NCBI GenBank assembly: GCA_951406725.2
Contig: OX597815.1
Span: 78,492,001-78,556,000, forward strand
Direction: 5' to 3'
Length of the DNA stretch: 64,000 nt
Source: Octopus vulgaris
Taxonomy: Eukaryota
In this document: positions 13,175-25,894 of the stretch, one piece after another
How the letters are laid out: each line of letters begins with the position of its first letter
How positions within the stretch are numbered: the first letter of the stretch is position 1
The notes under the pieces: generated by a model
What the model was told of the DNA's origin: nothing
The model's database searches: none
The model's input: the letters and a program-made list of their open reading frames with translations, nothing else
Made by a program: the position numbers and the translations under genes

Positions 13175-13239
<65 letters not shown>

Positions 13240-13469
13240 ATGTGTGCGTGCGTGTGTGTGTGTGTGTGTCTGTGTGTCTGTGTTTGTTCCCCCAACATCG
13301 CTTGACAACCGATGCTGGTGTGTTTACGTCCCCGTAACTTAGCGGTTCGGCAAAAGCGACCGATAGAATAAGTACTACGCTTACAAAGAATAAGTCTTGA
13401 GGTCGATTTGCTCGACTAAAGACGGTGCTCCAGCATGGCCACAGTCAAATGACTGAAACAACTAAAAGA
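13053..13469 (+). mobile_element. SINE family A (5'-truncated) with internal TA/TATG/TG microsatellite
   Basis: B-box GGTTCAGTCCC, CORE-like CTTTGGGCAAGTGTCTTCT, an internal microsatellite after AAAGAAGCTCGTCG, and the 3' end CAGTCAAATGACTGAAAC. Confidence 0.92.
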
Positions 13470-13629
13470 TTATATATATATATATCATTCTCTCTTTCTC
13501 TCTTCCTCCTCTCCTCTTGCCCATTACTCTTCTAAACTTGATCTAAGTTCGTTGAATCTGGTTTGTCTTTACTTGGACCAATAAGCAACACTGATGAAAG
13601 CATCAGAGTGGCTAGGCATAAAAACAGAA

Positions 13630-13862
13630 CTAGTGATGATGGTTATGGTGGTGCGGCAGTGGTGGTGGTGGTGATAGTGATGGTGGTGGTGGTGGTGGTA
13701 AGGTAAGGTAGCAGTGTTGTCGGTGGAGATAGCAATAGAGGTGTGACTGGTGTCAGTACTTTTTGATAGTGATATTGCTACTGGGACGTAAGGATTGGCA
13801 ATGGTAATGCCCCCCCCCCCTTTCTCCTCCTTCTCTTCCTTTCGTTGCAGCAGAAGTAGTAA

Positions 13863-13919
<57 letters not shown>

Positions 13920-14017
13920 AGGAACAGTGGTTATGGTGAAGAAGACGACGATGATGATAATTGAAATGTAGATGGTAGTCGTGATGATGTCGAGGATGGC
14001 AATCGGTATAGCTGCTA

Positions 14018-14050
<33 letters not shown>

Positions 14051-14262
14051 GCGGTGGCAGTGGTGGTGGTGGTGGCGGTGGTGGTGTTGATGGTGGTAGA
14101 GATGTAGGTAGTAGTGGTGGCGATGGTGATGATGGTGCGGGTGGTTGATGGTAATGGTTATTACTGCAAAGAACGTTAATAATAACGGTAAAAAAAAAAG
14201 TGGCGGTGGTGGCGGCGGCGTTGGCGGTGGCGACGGCGGCGGTGATGGCGGTGGTGGTGACG
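13630..14262. repeat. Degenerate trinucleotide low-complexity region (GGT/GAT/AGT/GGC)n
   Basis: Direct reading. It is the source of the spurious 241-aa minus-strand ORF. Confidence 0.9.
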
Positions 14263-14659
14263 CTGTCTTGCTCACAAGGAATTCCTCCAAACAAAATCAG
14301 CAGCCGTAGTTTGTCTAGCTTGCCTGCTCGCCTTTAAAATCCAACTCGTTCGCTCAAAGAATGCGTGTGTGCCAGTGTGAGAGAAATCTATTGTCGATGT
14401 TAGAATCATCGACAACGCCAAATTTGGCTCTGCCAAAAACCACGGGTATAGCTGTTGCTTTACAGTACGAACAACACACCGGAAGTATTGTAAAGTTATA
14501 GAAATAACTTTAAACATCATCATCGCCATCGTCGTTGCATCATCATCATTATCATTACTATCATTAACATTATTATTATCATTATTGTATTAATTACTTT
14601 ATTAAAATTATTATATTGCTATTACTATTTATATTGCTATTACTATTTATATAGCTATA

Positions 14660-14687
14660 AATAATAATAATAATAATAATAATAATA

Positions 14688-14767
<80 letters not shown>

Positions 14768-14775
14768 TATTTATT
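14660..14775. repeat. (AAT)n immediately followed by (ATT)n (self-complementary microsatellite)
   Basis: Orientation switches at about 14689. Confidence 0.93.
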
Positions 14776-15084
14776 CAAATTTTGGTACAAGGCCAGCAAT
14801 TTCGTGGGAGGGAATAAGTTGACTACATCGACTGGTACTTTATTTTATCGAGCCTGAAAGGATGTACAGTAAAGTCGACGTTACTTTTTGGTTGTCTCAC
14901 CCCCATTAGAAAATTACCATTAAAAATTAGGTTACATACCCATCAAAAACTTGAGTTTATGGTGACAAGATATTGGATCAAAAGTGTTAGAGCCTTTTGA
15001 TGCAATACTTCAACAAATAGTTGACGTTTGGCTTCCTCAATAGGCATAGTATGATTTGTTATAAAAATGTTATGAGATTCAATA

Positions 15085-15319
15085 ACTCTTACTCTTTACT
15101 CTTTTACTTGTTTCAGTCATTTGATTGTGGCCATCCTGGAGCACCACCTTTAGTCGAGCAAATCGACCCCAGGACTTATTCTTTGTAAGCCTAGTACTTA
15201 TTCTATCGGTCTATTTTGCCGAACCGCTAAGTTACGGGGACGTAAACACACCAGCATTGGTTGTCAAGTGATGTTGGAGGGACAAACACAGACACAAATA
15301 TATACACACACATGCATGC

Positions 15320-15414
<95 letters not shown>

Positions 15415-15563
15415 CTACGGGCTTCTTTCAGTTTCCGTTTACCAAATCCATTCACAAGGCTTTGGTCGACCCGAGGCAATAGTAGAAGACACTTGTCCAA
15501 GGTGCTACGCAGTGGGACTGAACTCGGAATCATGTGGTTCGTAAGCAACTTACCACACGCCTA
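15085..15563 (-). mobile_element. SINE family A, near full length, internal (TA)n
   Basis: Reverse complement of the family A consensus, including the (GAGTAAAA)n-like tail at 15085-15107. Confidence 0.92.
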
Positions 15564-15766
15564 TGATGGACAATTTTTTCAGTTTCCATGTTTTGAGTTT
15601 TCAGTTTTCAGGTTGATTGATTTTTTTTTCATTTTTCTTTGTTTTGTTTTATTGAGAGTTAAACAATTTCTTTAGGTGTGTGAGATAACCAAAAGTACCG
15701 ATATTTTTCATGGCCCAATTTTTTAATGGGGATGAGATAACCAAAAAGTACCAAGTTGACTACTGT

Positions 15767-15818
<52 letters not shown>

Positions 15819-16363
15819 GTACCAGGCAGTGGCTCTCGTGGCTTCTGATCTTAACTGATTGGAAGTGTTATCATGTACATTGTTTTGTCTTGGTATAAAA
15901 GATGGGCAACAGCAAATATTCTGCTCAATACCACAGATTTGCTTGTCAGTTGTTTGACCTTAACCAGTTGAGCATGTCCCTTAGTGGCTGACGATATGTG
16001 CATCTCTGATCACGGCAGAAGTAGTGGGGGAGCATCATAGCCATGTGTTGAGAGGGATTCTTTGGGGTTTGAATAATTCACCTTTGGAAACATGGGTGGT
16101 TCGTTCAACATCCTTAAACAACCCTTAATCAGGGACCTTTTGAGTGGGATGAGTTACCCAACCAGAAGAAAATTCTAACTGGCCCCTACCCGTAAGGTCA
16201 TGAGCTGTTTATCTTGTTATGAAATAACCATGTCGTGCACGTATGGTTGTGATGCATGTGCCTGGTGTACCCTTATCAGACGGGTAGTCATGATGGGTAT
16301 ACTGGGCTTCGTATATTTGTACCCCAGTGTCACTTTGATGGCATGCACTGCTCTCTCACTCAA
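15819..16363. mobile_element. ~550-bp unclassified repeat, copy 1, flanked by (AAT)n
   Basis: High similarity to 16386-16935, with (AAT)n on both sides. Confidence 0.8.
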
Positions 16364-16385
16364 TAATAATAATAATAATAATAAT

Positions 16386-16935
16386 GCCGTGATGCAGTAC
16401 CAGACAGTGGCTCTCATGGCTTCTGATCTGATTGGAAGTGTTATCATGTACATTGTTTTTTGTCTTGGTATAAAAGATGGGCTACAGCAAATACTCCGCT
16501 CAATACCACAGATTTGCTTGTCAGTTGTTTGACCTTAACCAGTTGATCATGTCCCTAAGTGGCTGACGATATGTGAATCTCTGATCACGAGCAGAAGTAG
16601 TGGGGGAGCATCATAGCCGTGTGTTGAAAGGAATTCTTGGAGGTTTGGATAATTCACCTTTGGAAACATGAGTATTTCATTCAACATCCTTAAACAATCC
16701 TTATTCAGGAGTCTTTTGAGCGGGATGGGCTACTCGACCAGACGAAATTCTAACTGGGCCCCACCTGCAAGGTCATGCGCTGTTTATCTTGATATGAGAT
16801 CACCATTTCACGCACATATGGTTGTCATGCATGGGCCTGGTGTACCCTTATCAGACAGGTAGTCACGATGGGTATACTGGGCTTCGTATATTTTACCCCA
16901 GTGTCATTTCGATGGCATGCACTGCTCTCTCACTC
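16386..16935. mobile_element. ~550-bp unclassified repeat, copy 2, flanked by (AAT)n
   Basis: Direct-orientation diverged copy of 15819-16363. Both end GCACTGCTCTCTCACTC(AAT)n. Confidence 0.8.
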
Positions 16936-16993
<58 letters not shown>

Positions 16994-16995
16994 TC

Positions 16996-17300
16996 TTTTC
17001 GGGGTCCATAAATTAAGTACCAGTTACGCACTGGGGTCGATATAATCGGCTTAATCCGTTTGTCTGTCCTTGTTTGTCCTCTCTGTGTTTATCCCCTTGT
17101 GTGTAGTAAAGAAATGTGTATTTCGTTTACAACTACGTTCTGAGTTCAAATTCCGCCGAGGTCAACTTTGCCTTTCATCTTTCGGGGTCGATTAAATGAG
17201 TACCAGTTATGCACTGGGGTCGATCTAATCGATTTAATCCCTTTGTCTATCCTTATTTGTCCCCTCTATATTTAGCCCCTTGTGGGCAATAAAGAAATAA
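16996..17300 (+). mobile_element. SINE family B tandem dimer (partial units)
   Basis: Two consecutive 3' portions, each ending CCCCTTGTG...AAAGAAAT. The second unit starts at GTATTTCG (17118). Confidence 0.85.
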
Positions 17301-17310
17301 ATAATAATAA

Positions 17311-17504
17311 TTTTGCCACAAGGGCAGCCATTTGGGGGGAGAGAACTAGTCGATTACATCGACCCAGTGTTCAACAAGTACTTAATTTATCGACCCCGAA
17401 AGGATGAAAGGCAAAGTCGAATTCGACGGAATTTGAACTCAGACCGTAAAGACGGACGAAATGCCGCTAAGCATTTCGCCCAGTATGCTAACTATTCTGC
17501 CAGA

Positions 17505-17573
<69 letters not shown>

Positions 17574-17935
17574 TCTTTCTAATTTTGGTACTAGGCCAAC
17601 AATTTTAAGGAGAGAGTTTAGTCGATTACATTAACTACCAGAGCTCAAGTGATACTTATTTTATCGACAGCGAAAGAATGAAAGGCAAAGGTGGTCTCGG
17701 TAGCATTTGAACTCAGAACGTAAAGAGCCGGAAAAGATACTGCTATACAATTTCTCCGGCGCAGTTATGATTCTGCCAGCTCGCAGCCTTACCAATTGTT
17801 TCTGACATAGTTCCAAATTGGAGAGGAGAAGGCTCAGTCGATGGAAGACAAAGTTGACTTCGTCGGGATTTGAACTCAAAACATAAACGCAATTTTTGTC
17901 CGGCGTTCAAACGATTCAGCCAATCCACCACCCTA
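17311..17935. mobile_element. Cluster of degenerate minus-strand family B SINEs around an (AAT)n tract
   Basis: Repeated ATCGACCCCGAAAGGATGAAAGGCAAAGTCGA...ATTTGAACTCAGA motifs at about 17390, 17663 and 17840. Confidence 0.75.
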
Positions 17936-19899
17936 AATAAGTGTTTCTGTGCACTAAACCTGATGTTTTGTGGGGATGTGTCTGTAAATTAAATTGTTAA
18001 AACCTTGATTATTTGTGAAATAACTTACTGTGGTATAAAATTTATTTGGTAATATTTATCATGGAAGAACTTTAAAATAATATGTGCAACTGTTTAAAAA
18101 AGAATTGAACATTTTTTAATACCTAAAACATGTATAGAGTAGATAACTCTACGGCTATTTGAAGGTTTTTGCTGTAAAGACTAAGGCGATAAAAGAACAA
18201 CTTATTTTCTTTGTAAACAGAAAAGTAATTGGAGATATATTATTTGAAATAATAAACTTTAAACAGGACAATATTACATGGATCGCGCTTAGTTTCAAGA
18301 AATTTGTGAAGAATTGAGCTATTCTATCGACAGAGTGAATGCTTAATTATTCAATTATTTTTTTACAAGACTTAAACAGAAAAGGAAAGACAGCGTCCAT
18401 GACTATTTTCATGGGATTGGTGGCTAGTGGGAGTAAGTTGTTACCTCCAAATAAAAAGTTGGTCAGTGTACTTGCAACAGAGCAGGCTACGAAAAAGACA
18501 CTCTAGGTGTGCTAAACGGGGCGATGTACAAAGAACAGAGACAGTCACACTGCCAAGTTTCCACACAGGTTCTCTCTACCAAATTTCATTCACAGTGGAA
18601 TGGTGAACTCGAAGCTATGGAAGAAGACACTTGCCAAGAAGTTTCATTATTTTGAGTTTATAAACCACAGGGATCGGCTTTGTTTTTCACCCCTTCAAGA
18701 TTTTAAAAATAAACTCCAGTAACATACTAGGATCAATTCTGTTTAGGTTATTTTTTACCTATAACAATTGATTCAGAGTTGTCACTAATGTTTTGCGTCA
18801 CAAAATCTTATGATTTCTCATCGAGAACCCATGCATATACAGCATTGCTAAAATCACAAACACTAGAATTATTCTTCAGAGCCAGAAAATATTCTCCTCT
18901 CGTCAGTTGCTGGCCTCAAACATCGCATAAGTAAAATCTGCTTTGCAGAATTCCTTGCTGCTACATATACATATATTCAAGTCCACATGCGAAAAAAAAA
19001 AAGCATAAAAGATTTCCCCGCCAACATCATACATACTGACCCGATATCTCTGTTACGACTTTCTCTACTGCGCACACTACACAGCTCTATGACTCTATTA
19101 CTCAGTTTTATGTCTACTCCACAGTTGTGCGCTTCCACTACACAGCCGTTTAGTTAAGACATTTGTTTTGCAATTCCATGGCTACCGTTTTGGTCCCATT
19201 GTGTAACACTTTGGGCAAGTAATTTCTACTACAAACTCTGGTCTACTCAAGCATTTTGAGTGGAATTATGTGAAGAGATACTTGGGTCTCGTCGGATGGT
19301 GTACACTTGCGCTGGGATGATAGAATTAATCCACCACCACCACCACTATCACTACCACTGCCATTTCACCACCCATCACCAACACTAACACTTCCACTAC
19401 CACCACCATTTTCACCACCATCACTGTTACTATCAGGTCCACAGATATCTTTAGCAGAAACTATTCTACTGCAAGCATTCAGACCATATCACTATTCTGA
19501 AGATAACACATGAGATCCGCTCTTTCCCTCCCATTTCTGTCAGAGACCCTACAAGAAAATCATGGGGGAAGGTTCTTCTTCCTCTGACTAAGCCATTCAG
19601 TAAGAGAATTAAGTCTGCGTACCATTTCCCTCCACCAAGCCAGCCAACACATCCGTCTCTCTTTCCCTCGACATTCCCACACAAGTATTTCAAGATCCAG
19701 CACTAATCAATTTTTCCCCATCCCAGAACTATAATTCTCTGTATCAAAAACAAATAAATGAATAAATAAAAACAATGTATGCATATTCATGCAGGTGTTA
19801 ACCTACAAAACCTCAGCCTGAACACTCATCTTTCGCAATATGGTTGACCTGTATAGGTCACGGGTGCCAGTTTGCCTCTTCCAAATAAATAATTTTAAA

Positions 19900-19907
19900 A
19901 TGTATGC

Positions 19908-19993
<86 letters not shown>

Positions 19994-20182
19994 ATTTGTC
20001 TTTGCGAATGAGAGAGAGTGTGTGTGTGTGTGTGCACGCGCGCGTCTGTGTGTAAATACATAAACACACATTCGCATATATAGATGTGCGCGTGTGTAGA
20101 TTAAATACACACACACACAGACAAACAGACAGACAGACATACAGACAGACAGACAGACAGATAGACAGATAGACAGATAGAC

Positions 20183-20259
<77 letters not shown>

Positions 20260-20265
20260 TATATA
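19900..20265. repeat. Compound microsatellites (TA)n,(TG)n,(CAGA)n,(GATA)n
   Basis: Direct reading. Confidence 0.95.
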
Positions 20266-20914
20266 AAACTCTTCACAGTATTTGAAAACTGACACAACTC
20301 CAAATATAAAAAAAAAAAAAAAACTATTTTATTATAATATGCTGTGATGAAGAAATAGTTCGGCTCGGCAGGAATGTTTACGTTATGTTATATTTGCATG
20401 CTTCTGAAATACGAAAAAGTATATAATAAATAATAATTACAGTTAGAAACCAGGCTATTTTATAAATAGATGAAAAACGCCAAAAATCGTATAGAACGTA
20501 TTTAATGCGGAAAAAATCGTAGCTATGTCATATTTTATTTTAAAACATGGAAGCTTGTTTTGTTATTATTATTTTTTATTATAATTGCTTAGGTGTTAGC
20601 TATTTATTATCTTAATGTTACCTGATCCGTTCAGCTTGATGCAGTCTCGATTAGCAGACAGTTGATGATCTATTTGAAACTACAGTAATTCTGACCAAAA
20701 TAGTAGTTGTATGAAATAACCTGTAGCACTTTTCTCGGAAAAACTTGTGAGACAATTACTATCTTTTACCATAAGAAATAAATTAATTCATAGTCTATGG
20801 CAACGTCATTTTTGGAAGACAGGTGGGTAAACTGAAATATGAAATAGGCAGGTGGGTAAACTGAAATATGAAATATACTTTTGAAATAATCAGAGAAATT
20901 TTAGGATCACTGTA

Positions 20915-21388
20915 AAAATTCTGTTTCCGTGCCTATTTTTACCTACGGTCGTAAATGTTGGGTTAACGACCAAATACAAACAGCGAAAATGGGATTTCTC
21001 CAAAGGATCTGTGGAGCAACGTTACTCGAGATGGTGTATAGCTCAGAGGTCAAAGACTCTCTCCAGATCGAGCCGCCACTTCTCCAAATTGGCATGTCAC
21101 AGCTTTGGTACTACGGACAGGTAGTTAGAATAACGCAGGAAAGGTTAACATGATGGCTTCTTCAAACCTAACCAACTGGCAGGAGACTTAAGGGTAGACC
21201 ACGAGTGAGATCGTTGGACAATATCCATAGTTTCAGTTAGTTACGTTTGGGAATGCAGCCAGGAAAAGCAATAACGGTTATTTCTTATAGGACTCTATGG
21301 ACGAGGTGTCTGAGAACTCTACCCCCACGACCCTCTCATAAATAATAGGCAAAAATGGATGGATGGATGGATGGATGGATGGATGGAC
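20915..21388 (+). mobile_element. RTE-clade LINE 3' end (old) with (GGAT)n tail
   Basis: PIFTYG..CW...IQTAKMGFLQRICGATL...SSEV..SLQIEP.LL.I..SQLWYYGQVVR, then PTGRR.KGRPR.R. The tail is (ATGG)n at 21354-21388. Confidence 0.85.
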
Positions 21389-21494
21389 GTAAAAATTAAA
21401 CAGTTTACAATCACAGATTTTATCTTTCAGATTTTCAAGAAACAACAAGTATATCCATTTTGCTTATTAATGAATTATTCGGCGTTGTTTGTGT

Positions 21495-22450
21495 CCGCAC
21501 TATTATGCAAATTAAGCTAATCAGTTCAACTGAATCCTAATGGACGAAGGTTTTAGTGGATTAAAATCTAACGACGTTGATCCCACTTTTCTGTCTACAG
21601 AGAAAAAAATTGTGATGTAAGCTCTTGGTTTAATTTTCACAGAGGGGCTAAAATTTTATATCTATTTTTAAAAACAAAACTGAATGTTCATTAAAATTAT
21701 ATAAGTATATACCCTGATTTCTAGTTATCAAAAACAAAAATAATAATAATTGCTATATAATAATAATAAGTGCACTATGAAATAAATAATCAGTGTATGC
21801 ATCGTTATGCTAATTAGATATAAAATCTAGTGACGTTGATCTCTATTTTTTTTATCTACAAAGAAAAAAATTTGCGATGCAAGCATTTTGTTTCAGGGTT
21901 AGGTTTAGGATTAGAGTTAGGGCTTGGGTTAAGATTAGGGTTAAGGTTAACAAAACTGTATATTTATTAAAATTATATAAGTATATATCTGGATTTCTAG
22001 TTGTCCAAAACAAAAAAAAAAGAATCACTGTGTAGGCGTAGGAGTGGCTGTGTGGTACGTGGCACATTGGACAAGTGTCTTCTACTATCACCTCGGGCCG
22101 ACCAAAGCCTTGCGAGTGGATTTTGTAGACGGAAACTGAAAGAAGCCCGTCGTATATATGTGTATATATATATGTATGTGTGTGTGTGTGCATGTTTGTG
22201 TGTCTGTGTTTGTCCCCACAACATCGCTTGACAACTGATGCTGGTGTGCTTACGTCCCCGTAACTTAGCGGTTCGGCAAAAGAGACCGATAGAATAAATA
22301 CTAGGTTTACAAAGAATAAGTCCTGGGGTCGACTTGCTCGACTAAAGGTGGTGCTCCAGCATGGCCACAGTCAAATGACTGAAACAAGTAAAAGAGTAAA
22401 AGAGTAGTGCACTATGATATAAAAAATCATCGTTATGCAAATTAAATTTA
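21495..22450. repeat. ~260-bp degenerate tandem repeat (2+ units), interrupted by a SINE and a TTAGGG-like patch
   Basis: TAAAATCTA..GACGTTGATC...TCTACA.AGAAAAAAATT and TTAAAATTATATAAGTATATA...GATTTCTAGTT recur. AGTGCACTATGA occurs at about 21768 and 22406. Confidence 0.7.
22032..22406 (+). mobile_element. SINE family A, with deletion across B-box
   Basis: GTAGGCGTAGGAGTGGCTGTGTGGTA head, the family body, and an (AAAAGAGT)2 tail. Confidence 0.92.
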
Positions 22451-22899
22451 CCAATTTTGTTGATTCATAGTGCGGCAATTAGCTTTAAATTACGAATCTA
22501 TCAGTGGCTGGGAAATAAGTATTGTTTCTTTGATGGGACTTTAAGAAGACCAGAAACTAGCCATATCAACGTTTTTGGGCCCTGAGAGAGATAAAACCTG
22601 TTTACTTTTAACAATGAGCTTGAAATTGTATTAATCCGTTGTTGAAGAGTCTAACTGCTTATTACCTAAGATTAATTATCGTTATAGTTCAGTACTGTGT
22701 CTAAAAATTTGTGTAAAATATTCGTTTCTGTAATTGTAATGTTGTAATTATAAGAAAAGTGTAGGCTCTTCTTCCTTCACAAGGATTATTATTCGATTTT
22801 CTATAAGTGTTCATTAGGATTTAGAAAATATACATATATACTTCATTACGGTTGTGTTGTTAGCTTTGCTACACTTGCATTACATGAATTCTCCTCTGA

Positions 22900-23430
22900 T
22901 ATGATGCATTTGATGAGCGAGGGAGTTTGATGTTGCTTTCCTCCAAAACTCTTGAGAGGAGGAAATCCAGTTTTGTTTTGAAAATACCTACATCCACCCC
23001 AAGTAGGTCTCTTGCCAACTTGGTAAAATACACCAGAAAAGATGCATTATTACTCATGTCAATGCCCAGGTCGCACACTGATTTTGATTCAGATACTGCA
23101 GTCCCTCCTGGGACATTGTATCCCGTCAGGCTTTCATTGAGCTTCGTGTGTTGGTAGCGCAGGGCTTCATATTTTCCAGCATTAAACTGTATGTTATTAT
23201 CCTCAGCCCACCTGTATATTGCGTCCAACATCACCAGGGATCTGTATCACCTGAGAGACTTTTGCATCATCTCCATAAACAGCTAGCAGGGATGGCTATC
23301 TGAGCAGCTGCAGCATGTCCGAGAGATTCACTATCAATAGTAATGACCCATAAAGATAGTACCCTGTCGGATACCAGACCCTGGCTTCTGTCTGATAGAA
23401 AGCCATGTAACCACTCTCCAAGTTTTCCGA
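22900..23430 (-). mobile_element. CR1/L2-group LINE reverse-transcriptase fragments
   Basis: GKLGEWLHGFLSDRSQ and LDAIYRWAEDNNIQFNAGKYEALRY...VCDLGIDMSNNASF match the CR1 RT thumb region. Confidence 0.82.
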
Positions 23431-23583
23431 AATATATATACGTATATACGTATATAAACATATATACACATAAATATATGTATATATGCATATATACACA
23501 CACATAAATATACCTGGAGTATATTTGGGAGTAAATCCAAACTTACAGGGAAAATTAGATTTAGGATTAAATCTAATTTTACA

Positions 23584-23624
<41 letters not shown>

Positions 23625-23641
<17 letters not shown>

Positions 23642-23796
23642 TTAGAGATAAAACCACTATTAGGCAAATCAAACAGTGAAAAACATAAACCAAAACAGAA
23701 ATTATTAATTAATTTTATTTCTATGTTTTGGTTTATGTTTTTCACTGTTTGATTTGCCTAATAGTGGTTTTATCTCTAATTTAATATATATATATA
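23625..23796. repeat. Perfect long hairpin (61-bp unique arms plus TA extension, 26-nt spacer) embedded in (TA)n
   Basis: 23637-23697 TTAAATTAGAGATAAAACCACTATTAGGCAAATCAAACAGTGAAAAACATAAACCAAAACA is the exact reverse complement of 23724-23784. Confidence 0.95.
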
Positions 23797-23998
23797 CCTA
23801 CACCGATGATGATCATTCTTTATATTGAGTGTCTTGTTTTCCATTTGTTTCCTTCGTTGTTCGCAAAATAAGTTCATATTCCATGTATTCGTATTTCGTA
23901 CTCCCTATATTCGTATTTTTTGTCGTTTACGTTCTGTGACGTCCTGTGCCTACATATGCATATGTATATACGAATATATGTAAGTATGTACATATACG

Positions 23999-24040
<42 letters not shown>

Positions 24041-24041
24041 T

Positions 24042-24185
24042 ACGATGGGCTTCTTTCAGTTTCAGTCTACCAAATCCACTCACAAAGCTTTGGTCGGCCC
24101 GAGGCTACAGCAGTGGGATTGAACCCGGAACCATGTGGTTGGTAAGCAAGCTATTTACCACCCAGCGACTCCTACGCCCGCCTAT
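24042..24185 (-). mobile_element. SINE family A 5' half, internally deleted
   Basis: Head and body match family A and end in the TA-rich microsatellite. Confidence 0.85.
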
Positions 24186-24200
24186 ATATTATATATATAC

Positions 24201-24966
24201 AAACTACATTATGTTTGAGAGATAACAATCTACTCAAAGTGACCACCACGGCGTCAAGACGGCTCCGGGACCTGTTGTAGCATTACTCACTGTGACCCTG
24301 GAAAGATCTTCGAAAACCTCATTGATCTTGTCCACTAGCTCGAACTTGGTGTGGCAGGCAAAACGATTAATATCTTTCTCAACAACGCCCCTTACATAGG
24401 TAATCAATGGCATTACAATCGCATTAATTAGGCAGCTAGAATTGAGGCTGGTGAAGTCGTAGAAATTCTCCAATAACTACTTCTGATTACTTCCGGAGGT
24501 ATGGCAAAGAGTTAAATCCTGCTGCCACACATATGGCCTTTAAAAAACAACCCTCTCCATCCATCCAGGGTTTGACTACAGTCTTCAGCAGCTTCACATA
24601 ACCGTCTAAATTGATCCTGATACTCTGTCCGTGGGGACGCGGTGAGAACGCCCGCTGTATCCTTCTCTGCTTGCCACGGATTCGTAGTCTCTGTTGCAGT
24701 TGTCCATGTCGTGTCTTACAGCCTTAACAGTATTCAAGGAGCACTGAGCAGTAGTCATGTTTCGGCATTTTGACACCCGGTGCGAACCATCACGATGCAG
24801 GTAACTCTCTTTTCCAATATTCAGATGGCTTCCAATTCTCCATGCCATCTAATACGACTTTCTTAACTACGACTTTAATCTTTATGCTCTCCAATCAATG
24901 CCGTTGACTGTTCACCAATACATCAAGCTGGAATCAAAATCGTCAAACTTAGTTCGAATACACCCT
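24201..24966 (-). mobile_element. Second copy of the 5899-6772 DD37D-type element, internally deleted
   Basis: Shares TTAQCSLNTVKAVR and YDFTS.N...VVEKDINR.AC.TK peptides, plus the left TIR (rc AGGGTGTATTCGAACTAAGTTTGAC). Confidence 0.85.
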
Positions 24967-25088
24967 TTCCGTGGGGTGGGGGGTGAGACACGTGACCTAG
25001 TCGTTAGGGTGATGCATTGTGTTCTTGAGCAAAACACATTATTTCCTGTTCGTCCACGATCACTTCGGGATCTGACGAGAGTTCATTA

Positions 25089-25290
25089 CTTCTTTCAGTT
25101 ATTGGGCAGCGGCCATGCTGGAGTACCGCTCTGAAGGATTTAGTCGAACAAATTGACCACAGTACTTAATGGTTTTAAGTCAGGAACTCATTCAATCAAC
25201 GTCTTTTGCCGAACCGTTATGTTACGGGACGTAAAACAAAAATCGATTGTCAAGTGTTTGGGAGATAAGCACAATAACAGACACACGCAA
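25089..25290 (-). mobile_element. SINE family A 3' half, followed by long compound microsatellite to ~25588
   Basis: TTTCAGT...GGCCATGCTGGAGTACCGC...TTTTGCCGAACCG.TA.GTTACGGGACGTAAA. Confidence 0.8.
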
Positions 25291-25370
25291 ACACACACAC
25301 ATACACATATACATGTATGCACATGCATGTATGTATGTATGTATGTATGTATGTATGTATGTATGTATGT

Positions 25371-25444
<74 letters not shown>

Positions 25445-25511
25445 GTATAGATATACATATGTGTGTCTATATACGTATATATATCTGTCTGTGTATGTAT
25501 TGGCGTATGTA

Positions 25512-25589
<78 letters not shown>

Positions 25590-25894
25590 CCTATGACAAA
25601 TAGTGTAATGACTCAGGGAAAATCAAAACGAAGATTTAAATTTAGTCTCCCGTCTTAGTAATTTGAATTCGGATTAGCAACAGTCATCAATATAGCTCTA
25701 TGCGTAACAGGTAAATTTAATTTTACAAGATTTGTGCTAAATATATTTCCAGCTCGAGAAGAAATATTTGACTCAGCAGCTTGATAATTTAGACACCTAA
25801 CAGGTCTCTTAGTTGACAAAATGCCAATGGTTCGATGCAACCTTCTTACTTCATATGAGAAGCTAGTTAAAATACTTTTGCTGTGTGAAATATA

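Noticed and set aside
13569-14294. 241-aa ORF, longest in the window
   Set aside because: It is built entirely from trinucleotide repeats (poly-T/A/P/S/L/H) with no domain.
20820-20875. 29-bp perfect tandem duplication CAGGTGGGTAAACTGAAATATGAAATA
   Set aside because: It is real but an ordinary slippage or repair duplication with no further structure.
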